From Magallana gigas (Eukaryota): a DNA stretch of 64,000 nt. This document shows positions 23,166 through 34,139 of this stretch, piece after piece. The number at the start of each line of letters is the position of its first letter. Position 1 is the first letter of the stretch. The stretch lies in the NCBI RefSeq assembly GCF_963853765.1, contig NC_088857.1, positions 3,658,001 to 3,722,000 on the forward strand. The letters are read 5' to 3'. The translations under genes were made by a program, and so were the position numbers. The notes below the pieces were generated by a model, which made no database searches, had not been told where the DNA came from, and saw only the letters and a program-made list of their open reading frames with translations.

Positions 23166-26100
23166 ATGGCCAGTTTGCTGCAAAAAGAGGATTTTGACGA
23201 GCTGTTAAAATGGATTGGGGGACGGAGGAAGTTCCGACTGTTGTACAAGATCACCAGGGACGGATGTTCGGCGCCCACCTTCCACTCCAAATGTGACGGC
23301 AAGGGAATGACTGTCATGGTGCTCTGTAACCCCAACGACACGGTGTACGGGGGTTTCACCTCCCAGAGTTGGACCAGTGTTGGAGGAGCTTACCTCCCGG
23401 ACCCCAAGGCTTTTCTATTTCAACTCAAGTTCAACGGAAAATCGTCTTATAACCAGTTCCCGATAAAACCTGAAAACATTGCCAATGCAGTTTACTGTCA
23501 TTCGAGTTATGGCCCAATATTCGGAGGTGGTCATGATCTTACTACATTTTCAGGAAATTTGACAGCTAGTAACGGAGTATTTACCTTAAATGGTAGCTGT
23601 GCCCTCAATAATACCTACAACATGAAAGGAACTGACTACAATGCGTTTGCCAATGGGAACTTGCAAATAAAAGAAATGGAGGTTTACCAAGTGGATGGTA
23701 AGCTTAGCTTTCTCATATATACAAACTATTACATTTTTCAGATTTTTTCTGTCCAATTTATTCATTTTAAAATTTTGATATAAAATTGTAAACCTTGGTT
23801 ATTTGAATAATAAAACAACAAGGCTTATGTGTGGTTCAGCATCTTTTATCTTTATGGTAATTCAATCATCGATCAATAAATAAATAAATGGCCCTGTAAA
23901 ATATATTAATACAAGGAACATTGAATACAATATATAATTATCTGATGTATAAGCCATAAACATCAAATATTAAATAAACTGTGATCATACATGTTTATAC
24001 TAACACTATACAACACTTGTATATTTCACTATATATTTGCATATGAATTCGATTCAAAGTGATCTCTGCTGAACCTACTTTGAATATAATAAAAATGAGT
24101 TATTTACATATTTATTTACAAATTAATATATTGAAATACTGACTTACCAAAATTATGGAATTTAAGCTCTGACAGCTAAATCTAAGTTTTAAGGCCAGGT
24201 AGGTGTGCTGCTGTTGTAAATGAATTAACCATGCAATTTGTTAAATATTAATAAATAAGCTATAAATAAATCCAAATCTCAATGACTGAACAACTAAAAT
24301 AGAAAACTATATAGACTAAAACCAAACATACCAGATCTTGAAATCCTTCAGACAAATTAACACACCTTCTCCTACCTGGACTCTGAGCAGATATAAAGAA
24401 CACCCTCAGAGTCAAACCAGTCTATCCGGTCAGTAATGTCACATGATAAATTGGCCAATCGCTCACCAAACTTTTGGCGGGAAAATATTAATTCAATAAA
24501 ATTACAAAATACAGTAAAACACGGTTATAGTGAACACGCTTATAATGAATTGACGCTTACAGCGAAGTGAATTTCATTCCCCAAGTCTCTATTTCATGTT
24601 GTAAACTTGACAGATATAACGAATTACGCTTATAACGAAGTTAAATTGGCCGTCCCTGGGACTTCGCTATATAAGCGTGTTTTACTGTACTTGATAAATA
24701 CCCTTAACAAACTCTCGTAATTAATAATCTAAGTAAAACTTTTATCAACACACACTATTTTCTATATTAGAAGTAAATACCATTAAAAACATAACTTTTA
24801 AAGTTTAAACAGATATTTTACTATGTTATAAAAATAATCATTTTTTAACCCTCAGATTGCGACATGAACGATCCTCTAGAAATTCCATGGAGAAGAACCC
24901 CGGAATGGACAACAAGGGTATGGGGACCGTATTATTACATAAATTTTAGTTCTTTGAAAATACTCACTTTATGAACTTAACACTGCCACTGACTGCTATC
25001 ATCATTTATAAGTGATTATAAACCGGTTTTAAAAAGGTCAAGCAATTAATGTATATAGTCAAACGCGGAAAAATTAATTGAAACCATTGAGATTGTGATT
25101 TGATTTGATAGCAGCTGTATGAACACAATAGGATTCTATAAAAAATAGAGGAGAAAATGCTCAGTGAAGACAGTTTTTTTTATTGCGTGGACCCTGAGGT
25201 CCACGCAATAAATATATAAGCGAGGTTAAACCGGATGCTATGGGGAAAATTCAGCCTGCGCATGAGCTAACTTGGTTCCTGTGCATAATGGGTAGCTCAG
25301 GGAACCAGGCTAGCACACGTTTATCTGAATCGGGATCGGAATTCCGTGCATAAGTTCAAAGGCGCTGTAATTGTAAAGTTGTCGGTAAACAATACAGAAA
25401 CAAAATATTCATTTCAAAGAAATGATTGGCATGTGATATGAACTATCAGTATTATGAAATAAGTTAATGTTATGCCAAAACTACAACATGCATCAAAAAG
25501 CATAATTTGCAATGTTTTGTTGTTTTCCGAATACACATGTAACTTAACTTTACTTTTATAGTAGGCGAGGCTAGAGAACGATTAAATGTTTTAAGCATTT
25601 AAGTGTGATTGAATAATTATGTCACTGTATAAAAGTTTTAATCTCAAGAAAAATGCATCAAAATATGAAATTTTTAATTTACACAAAGCTGTCACTGCAT
25701 AGTTAACAAAGTAGTGCGAATCGTAATGTGTGCGCAAATAGTAGAATTCACCGAATGCCTGATACTATACATGCAAACTTCATTCATAGATAGATAATAA
25801 TTATTTTAGAAGTATTAATCCTTTAAATTCTGAGATAAAAAGTCAGGGCTATACATACATGTACATGTATACGTAATTCAACGTACAAATTTAGTGGTTA
25901 AAAGCAGAGGGCTAGAGTCGGTGGAATCTCTGATAATCTTAAGGCTTTCACATTTTCGTTGGAAACACATGCAAATGGTCCACGTATTGTAGTCCTTTTT
26001 TTAAAGGACAGCAACTTGTTAAATATACTTTAGCGAAACTTTATTTGGCTTTTAGAGTACGATAATTAAGCATTTACGCTAAGCTTATTCGGTATGTTGA

Positions 26101-27914
26101 AATAGCTGATGCAAGAGCTAAAAGTGGAAATAGAAAACTACAAGCCCCTGGAACAGCTCAAGATCCAGCAGACAAAGATCCTGTTGATTGGTCAGATCGG
26201 GGCGGGAAAGTCCAGCTTCTTTAACACGATCAACTCCATCTTCCGGGGCTACGTCACAAGTCAGGCGTGCAGCGGTACAGCTGAACACAGCCTGACCACA
26301 CAGGTAAATAAAGACACCTCACAGTGTATGTATCCCAGTTATATATTGTTTTATTCAATGCATTCTAGATGTTCTACGTACACATGAAATTAATTATCGT
26401 ATGTTCAGCAGAAATCTAAACAAACGAATACAAACAATATTTTTTTTCACTTCTACAAGTGTTTCTATTCGTTTACACAAACTCCTATTTCTTTTTTCGA
26501 CAGTATCGGTCATACCAGGTTAGGAATGGTCCCTCTGGGAAGCCTCTCAACTTCCGGTTGTGTGATACACGTGGTCTAGAGGAGGGGCAGGGAATTGAAG
26601 CCCAGGATGTGTGTTATATCTTGGATGGCCACACCCCAGACAAATATGTGGTAAGTTGTTACTGGAATAAGTCACGTAAAAACATGATAAATATATACTA
26701 ACGAATAGGTTTCAACATATGAATTTCACTGTTGTAAATAAACATGTAATTAATATATATTACCTCAACTGAAGACAATGTCAAAATAAAACTGAAATAT
26801 ATACCCAGCAGAAATGATTATCCACATGTATAATACGACTTTTTCATTTGATAAAGCATTTAGCAAGGAATCCGATTTAGGCAGTAGGGGGCCAAATTTA
26901 ATTTCGTTCTAAAATTGCAGGTTGATATCCTGCATGAATACTTCTAAACCTTTTCCAAGATCTGTTTTCAAGACTTGATATACATAATTATATAATAAAT
27001 ATCGCATGTTATATGTAATAAGAGCAATCTTGTAGTAAACTTAATAAATAGTTGCATAGCTTCGTAAGCTTTGCTTAACATCAAGATATTCTTAAGGGTC
27101 GTCCTCTTAATATAATGTCGTTGTTTAATGTTCAGTGACAATGGTGACGTTATACTTAAAAGCTGCAGCGTCGTATAATATATCAATATATAATTAATTT
27201 GGGTTATGCATTAATAATATCTGATTTTTATCAGAAAACAGCAGATTAACGAATTGTGTTCATGTTGTTTTTTTTATTCAGTTCAATCCTTCGCTTCCGC
27301 TTTGCTCAGATATCGCAGGATTCGTCAAGGCTCCCAAACTGAAGGACCGGATTCACTGTGTGGCCTTTGTTTTGGACGCTTCCTCTGTTGACGTCATGTC
27401 AGAGAAAATTCTGGAGAAAATCAGAAAGCTCCAGATAGCGATGAACCAAAGAGGTAGTTTCACAAAGATATAATCATTTTTGTAGTCCTACACAATAAAA
27501 ATCCATGGTGGAGTTCCTGAGTACTCCTTTTCAAGAATATCTTACAAAAATTAAGATGGTAATTCTTAAGAATTTTAATTAAACCTTAATATTTCAATTT
27601 TATTTTTAACAGGTCTTCCTCAAGTTGTTTTACTGACTAAGATTGATAAGATATGCGCGTCTTTGCAAGATGACGTAGGACTGACGTACTACATTCCCAC
27701 AGTCCAAGAGCACGTGGATAAAGTGGCGGCGATGATTGGTCTTCCTAGATCACACGTGATCCCCGTCAAGAACTACGAGAGCGAGCGAGAACTCTACGAC
27801 AACATCAACATACTGAATCTGTTGGCCATGCAGCAGATTCTGCACTTTGCAGACGACTTCCTGTACAATTACCTTGACGACCTGGACGACGAACAAATAA
27901 GCACTGCCGACTAG
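23166..27914 (+). CDS. IFI44L: IFI44-like copy 3, 470 aa
   Basis: Exons 23166-23697, 24856-24917, 26106-26303, 26504-26650, 27282-27453, 27613-27914; 1413 nt in frame. The acceptor of exon 3 is atypical (TTGAAATAG). Confidence 0.88.
23786..24830. mobile_element. ~1-kb AT-rich insertion in intron 1 of copy 3 (unclassified)
   Basis: Absent from the homologous 100-bp intron of copy 2; TATAAAA on both sides may be a TSD; contains a nested MITE. Confidence 0.45.
24512..24687. mobile_element. Tc1/mariner-type MITE
   Basis: TA|CAGTAAAACAC...GTGTTTTACTG|TA. Confidence 0.85.
25180..26020 (+). mobile_element. Helentron-type non-autonomous element inserted in a T-run of copy 3 intron 2
   Basis: 5' hairpin TTATTGCGTGGACC-CTGA-GGTCCACGCAATAA, 3' subterminal GGTCCACGTATT, GTCC..GGAC stem and ...CAACTTGTT end; empty site in copy 2 at ~10520-10535. 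Confidence 0.7.
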
Positions 27915-29589
27915 GCGGAACAAGTTCTGACGTCATCACCGTTGATACAACGGGTGCAGCACACACGTAAAAGGAACATTATGTCTACACCCGCTTATTA
28001 TTAGTTCATTTCGCTCTGTCATTCATAGATATATATTGATATATTGATACACTCTTACTCAAGACTGCATGAAACATAATTTAGAAGGTTTTGTCTGTCA
28101 AATAGTTGCCTTTGATCCGTGATTATGACCAATCAAAATGTTCAGGTGTCTGGGAAGCCTTTCTTGTCCCAAAAAGATGTTTTTATACAATATCATGGAT
28201 ACACGATATGGTTGGGTTCTAGTATAACAGGCTTATAAGCCACGTTTGTGTTCAAAGTTTAAATGAATCCCTCGAATCAAACTGAAAATAGATAGATAAA
28301 TACTATATATATTAATGAAATATCAAATTGATACTATTTTGCCTTTACATGTGCTGTATAATAATTGTATATGCTTTTCTGTATGCACAAAAAATGTGAT
28401 TGTCTTATTAACATTGAATTATTAAATGCTACACGTCAAATAAATTACGTGTACATGCCTTTGTGTTTGTAGTTGTTCTATATATTTAACTGAATAATTT
28501 AATATTTATCAAATATTCTCTTAAAGTATCAAGTGGATCTCATTTTAATTAGGTTGCCTCTTAATTGCATTGACTGGGTAGGCATGTATGGTCAGATGTC
28601 CTGGTCCGCTGTATAGTACGAGGAAGAAACTACTCACGTCACCAGATGATTGTCGAATGAATGCATTGAAGCTGAAATAGGGAAATAAACAATAAAAATT
28701 ATAGTGAAAGTATGTTACCACTGCAGGGTTAAAATTATCCCAAATCAACAACAAAATAAATGACCGGAAGTGTAAAATCGGTGTTTAAAATTAAAACCGA
28801 ACGCGTGAAAGCATGGCTCTATCTTAACGATAGACATGAAAGATTAGGTATGTCTTGTAAAATTTTACCAGGAGGTCAAGTGTGGGCATTAAGGAATACT
28901 TTGGTAGACTGGTGTATACACTGTGTATGTACTGCTAGGGCTTATTCGTCATGTTAATTAAATTATTATCATGCTGTACTGTAAAACTTACAAACAAAAC
29001 TAGCCAGCAATCATGGATGGATTAAGGCAATGAGTCTCCTAACAGCCTCTCTCATCTTGGGGATATTTGAGACAATGGCTGAACGCAATTAGGGACAGTC
29101 GTCAGTTATAATGTCAAGAGGTGTTGGTTGTGTGATGATGAGAAAGTCTCACCGATGCGCATGCAGTTCTTCAAATGCAAAACACTTGTGGCGTTCATTC
29201 ACATTTAATCTACAACTAATGCTTGTGCATTTATTTCCTGAATTCGAGTACTCATTCACAAATACTGAAGAGCTGATACAAAATTAGCGCCGAGCCCAAC
29301 AGAGTAGATTGATCAAGCGTTCCGGGAATTCATTGATGAAAATGAAACGATGAATTGCAATATTTGACCAGTTATTTCTGTTATAATAAATAGTATGCTC
29401 AATGACCATTATAAATCATAATTCAAGGTCAGACGCTCTGTTCAGATGCTATAAAACGACATTTCGAGTCCGTGGAAAAGCGTGGGAAATAGATTATTTC
29501 CTGTATGTATATGTGCCAGATTTTGTCAGGAAACTTGAATATCATTAACCAAACTTTGCCTTACAGTTTGGGCTGTGATTGACAGAAAT

Positions 29590-30659
29590 ATGAACGCATA
29601 TGCTGGTAAGTATATTCTCTGCATCTGATAAACAATTGCAATGAAGATAAGTTAAGACGGTTAAACAGTTTACCTGCATTTTGTGCATGGGTCGTGCGAA
29701 AAAGATTTGTTTTCGAAGATTTCGAAACTAGAGGGAAACGATGGTGCTCTCACTGTTATGGGGTGTCTGATCTTTTAACCTTGCATCAAAGACCTACTTT
29801 CTTAGAAAAGCAATATGGCCGTATACCAATACATCTGATTTCTTTTTTCTGTAGTTCTAGTCACTGTGATAGGACTCATCCTGCTGGGAGCTGTGGTTGT
29901 GATCGTCTGCTCATACTTCTGCTTCCGAAAATGGCGGTATATAAAAACCATTTTACACATTATTTTGAATTTTTTATGCCCATATTTTGAAGATACATGT
30001 AAGTTAATGATGTTCCAATGAAATGACCGTGAATTTCTTTCAGGAATGGTAAGAGACTACCTCCCGTGTTGATGGTCTTCCGTCGGTCACGATCGTACGA
30101 CCAGGAGGTTCCCCAAACCCCCAGCAGCATCCAGATGGAGCCCGCGTACTCTTTTGCTGCGCCCACTATCGTCGATGAAGGTGTGAATCCGGCCAACGAG
30201 TCGGTGTTTTCCTACGATAAAGCCTTTAGTCCATACGTTGAACTACCGATAGACTCCGAGAACAGCCAAGAAGATTCGGGAAAATCCTGGACATTTCGGT
30301 ACTTGGATCCAAAGCGGTCTAAGACATGGAAGAGTAACTGGAAAGAGCGGGCTGCAAGGTTGATCGAGGCCACTGAGACTTACTCTAAGGCCTTCCTGAA
30401 ACGGAATTCTGGGTCTCTATTTGTAGACTCCCCAGAGAATGATTTTTGTCCAGATATGAGTTCCAAAACTACCCAGACAGCGGGCACTTCAGAGAGAGTA
30501 GTGGTGGATCTTCCCAAGGACGACAGCTGCCTTCCTCAGGATAGTCTTAATTATCCAAAGGATAACAGTTATATTCCAAAGGATAGCAGTTATTGTCCAA
30601 AGGAAAACAGTTATCTTTCAAAGGAGAACAGTTATATTTACGCGCGAGTAAACAAGTAA
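29590..30659 (+). CDS. Uncharacterised type III single-pass membrane protein with Tyr-repeat cytoplasmic tail, 237 aa
   Basis: Exons 29590-29605 (G|GTAAG), 29855-29936 (TM: VLVTVIGLILLGAVVVIVCSYFCFRKWR) and 30044-30659; phases match, 714 nt. The start codon is inferred; the frame is also open back to the acceptor at 29567. Confidence 0.72.
30512..30640 (+). repeat. Coding 21-nt (7-aa) tandem repeat, about 6 units
   Basis: PKDDSCL PQDSLNY PKDNSYI PKDSSYC PKENSYL SKENSYI. Confidence 0.85.
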
Positions 30660-31273
30660 TAAGACTTGTTATCATGGCTTCCGGACACCGTCATTGCTAC
30701 CCTATTCTTTCACGTTATTCTTTCATTCATGGTTGTTATGCTGAGATGTTGGACAGATGATGACGTATTTATTCTTATACAGGACAGCGGTGGTCACCCC
30801 TGTGTTTATAGTATAGCGCATTGTACGATAGATTCCGGTGAAAATACTGAACTTTTTGTTTGAACATATTTTATTGTAATATATATTACAGTATAGGATT
30901 GGGCAACTGAACTTCATTTGTATTTTACCAACTTTATACTTCATATTAACTGCTAAAAGGCTTTCATTAAGTTTTTCATAAAGACCATCCTAAAACTGCA
31001 ATATTTGATAAAGCTATCATTTTATCATAATGTTATTGTTTATGTTTTACGGAACCATATTTTCATTTTAACCACATTATAATGTGCTTCAAAGTATTTT
31101 GTTCGAGATTTGTTGCAACAATGCAAGGTTTAAAGTGATAGAGAGAGGATGGGTCAGGACCGTTTGTTTTTACGCTGTCATATTCATATGCTTTACGTTT
31201 TGTTGATTTCTACAAGGAAATAAATCTAATTTTCCTGTACATATCATAGTAAACTAATGTAATAACACCTACA

Positions 31274-31285
31274 GAAACCGAAACT
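31274..31285 (+). promoter_or_regulatory. Canonical ISRE-like motif GAAACCGAAACT
   Basis: Exact match to GAAANNGAAACT, lying between the membrane-protein gene and Ku80; function unknown. Confidence 0.35.
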
Positions 31286-31306
31286 AAAAAAAGAATAATT
31301 GCCAAA

Positions 31307-31308
<2 letters not shown>

Positions 31309-31371
<63 letters not shown>
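31309..31371. repeat. (CT)n microsatellite
   Basis: About 30 uninterrupted TC units. Confidence 0.97.
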
Positions 31372-31372
<1 letters not shown>

Positions 31373-31875
31373 CATGAACAAATTTTTACACCAATTAAAA
31401 TGTTGAAAACGACTTTTCAAATGAAAATGTATTTGAACATCAGTTATATAATTATGTCTCGAACAAACAAGGGGTTGTCTTTTAATTCACAGGACGGACG
31501 ACCACTCTTGAATTTCGCTCTGGAATAAAGTTCCTGATTAAGAATTTCAAAATAACTGATGCGGATTAATGATGCCACAAATGATATATCCAGTGACCTA
31601 ATTTTCAGTATTCCGGTATGAGTCTGTCTACATTTATTTGGCAGATGATGAAAAGTGAATTAACATGAATATTTTTTTAAATATTAATCATAGTGTAGAC
31701 ACAGTTCACATGGGACAAATGCAATCTTTGGAGCGGAGAGAGAAAGATAATATCTCATAGGATTGCAGATTTTGCAGGAATATGGAGGGGGTATATAAGC
31801 AGACCCTCACCCTATCTCTCTCTCTTAAAAACTTTATAATGTAATAAGTGTTGAAAATCGATTGTCACACTCACC

Positions 31876-33112
31876 TTTATAGCTCACCTGAACTGAAAGC
31901 TTAACTGAGCTTTTCTGATCACTTTTTGTCCTGCGTCCGTCCATCCGTCTGTAAAGTTTCACATTTTCGACATATTCACCAGAATGACTTGGCCAATTTC
32001 AACCATACTTGGTACAAAGCATCCCTAGGTGAAGAGGATTCAAGTTTGTTAAAATGAATGGCCACACCCTAGCTCTTTCAAATGGAAATAGAATTATTTA
32101 AAAAAATCTTTTTCTAAAAAACCATGCGGTGGGGCCACAATTTGGGGTCGAATTTTTATATTAAACTATAAAGAGAAAAATCTTCTCAAAAACCAATTGG
32201 CCAGAAGAGCTGTAACTTGTGTGGAAGTATCCTTAGGTAGTGTAGATTTAAGTTTGTTCTAACCATGAACCCTGGGAGTATGGGGGGGGGGGCACAGTTA
32301 TGGGTCAAATTTTTACATAGAATTATATACATAAATTTTTAAAAAAATCTTTTACTCAAGAACCAATCGGCCATAAAAGCTGTATCTTGTGTGGAATCAT
32401 TCTTAGGAAGTGTAGATTCAAAGTTCAAATCATGATCCCCGGGGTAACAATGGGGCCCCAATTGGGGGTTTATTATTTTTTTTAAAGGAATATATGGAGA
32501 AAAATTTTCTTTTCAAGAACTGATTGATCAGAAAAGCTGTAACCTGTGTGGAAGCACCCTCGGGTACATGTAGTGTCGATTCTAGTTTATTCAAACCATG
32601 ATCTCCGGGGGTAGGGTGAGGCCACCATGGGGGTCAAATTTTTACATGTATAGGAATGTAAAGAGAAATAATCTATCTTCTTTTCGATAATCAATTATGC
32701 AGAAAAGCTGTTAATGTATGTCCAGAGAAATTTTTGCTCCCATTTTATTTTGGTCCCTTTCGTCTTAATGTCAGCGGGCAAATTTAAGACTATGAGAATT
32801 CCAATACCTCAAATTATCTCTCTTTTAACACAGCTGTGCCTATGTGAATTCACAAGGGGGAAAAACTATATGCAAGTGAAGAAGGGCGATAATTACACGG
32901 CAAAGCTCCATATGTATTATAACTATATGAAATCATCTAATTACAAAAGGGGCTCAATATAAGAACATTTGTATAAAATCATAAAAATCTTTTAAAACAG
33001 GATCTATTTTACTCATTCTTTGTCCCGATATTTTGGATATGACTTTGTGAAGCTGATTTTATTATGTCTACTGTTGCTAAGGTAAGCAATGTGGCCCATG
33101 GGCCTCTTGTTT
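31876..33112 (+). mobile_element. HINE (Helentron-associated non-autonomous element) with ~165-175 bp satellite-like repeats
   Basis: 5' TTTATAGCTCACCTG, GTCC microsatellite, about 4 degenerate units (..GCTGTAACTTGTGTGGAAG..), 3' AGGTAAGCAATGTGGCCCATGGGCCTCTTGTT; a degenerate MITE is nested at ~32715-32900. Confidence 0.8.
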
Positions 33113-34123
33113 TCCATTAAAAACCGAATAATTTAACGTGGTTCACTACACCTTGAAATATTTTCTCAAACCAGCAGAAAATTACTTGATCATGATAGAC
33201 ATCATAATGGATAAAAAGTATTTAAGTCAAATAGGCTAAAAAGGTGCAATTTAGTATACCTCACAATATTTCCGTCTTCTCAAGGTAAATTTTGGAACAA
33301 TTTTCTTTCCTGCGAGAAAAAGTGTGTGTGGGGTGAAGGGGGGGGGGGCTGAACCCTTCATAATGCTATATGTACCTATTGGTTAGGTCTAACTTTGCAA
33401 AAAAAAGTGGGGGGGGGGGGTTAGGTCTAACTTTGCAATAAAAAGCTAAGCCCCCCCCCCCCCCCCCCCCTAGCCTAACCACCCGGTTCCGACGCCTTTG
33501 CAACCTAAAAAGACTAGTAATATTGCCTGGTTCTCTATAATTACCACTGAACCACTTCAGTCACAATTTTAACAAATTCTGCTGTTTAATGCCATTTGCG
33601 ACTTTGTCCACGAATTTACGGACTTTTATTTAAATTATTTTTCTGAAACGTTCAATTGTTTTGATACAAATAGATATTTTAATATATAGTAGATCATCTC
33701 TCCACGTTTTTTCTAACTGAAATCGATATCGGTTTGTTTTCCATTAGGCCATGTTAGGCCTAGACCTTATTTAGACTGACAAAATAGGGCGCATAGCCCA
33801 TTTATATAAAAAAAGCATTTGTAGGTTTGATACGCATACGCCAGTTTAAATCAGATATTCCAAGTACTAAACATATCGAAGGGTTACAAATCGATATTCT
33901 AAATGTTCTAAACATTATTAGATTTGTTGATACATATGTATTAAAAATTAGTGCCTTATCCGTCCGCCTATATAGGCAGTTAACATGCCTTATCCACCCA
34001 CCTTCCTTTGCTTTAACGTAAACTGGTAAAATATGCAGTTTATAAATATAAAAGAACCCATGCCCCCCCCTCCCCCCAATGATTTGAATACATAGACGAT
34101 CGAGTTAACAACTACTCCTTACA

Positions 34124-34131
34124 CCGGAAGT
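34124..34131 (+). promoter_or_regulatory. ETS-family site CCGGAAGT next to the Ku80 start
   Basis: Consensus ETS motif 8 nt upstream of ATG 34140, typical of housekeeping promoters. Confidence 0.45.
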
Positions 34132-34139
34132 CATCAATC

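Noticed and set aside
33380-33475. G-run/C-run cluster as a functional G-quadruplex upstream of Ku80
   Set aside because: Looks like homopolymer tracts at a MITE-like end with a local duplication; homopolymer lengths are unreliable.
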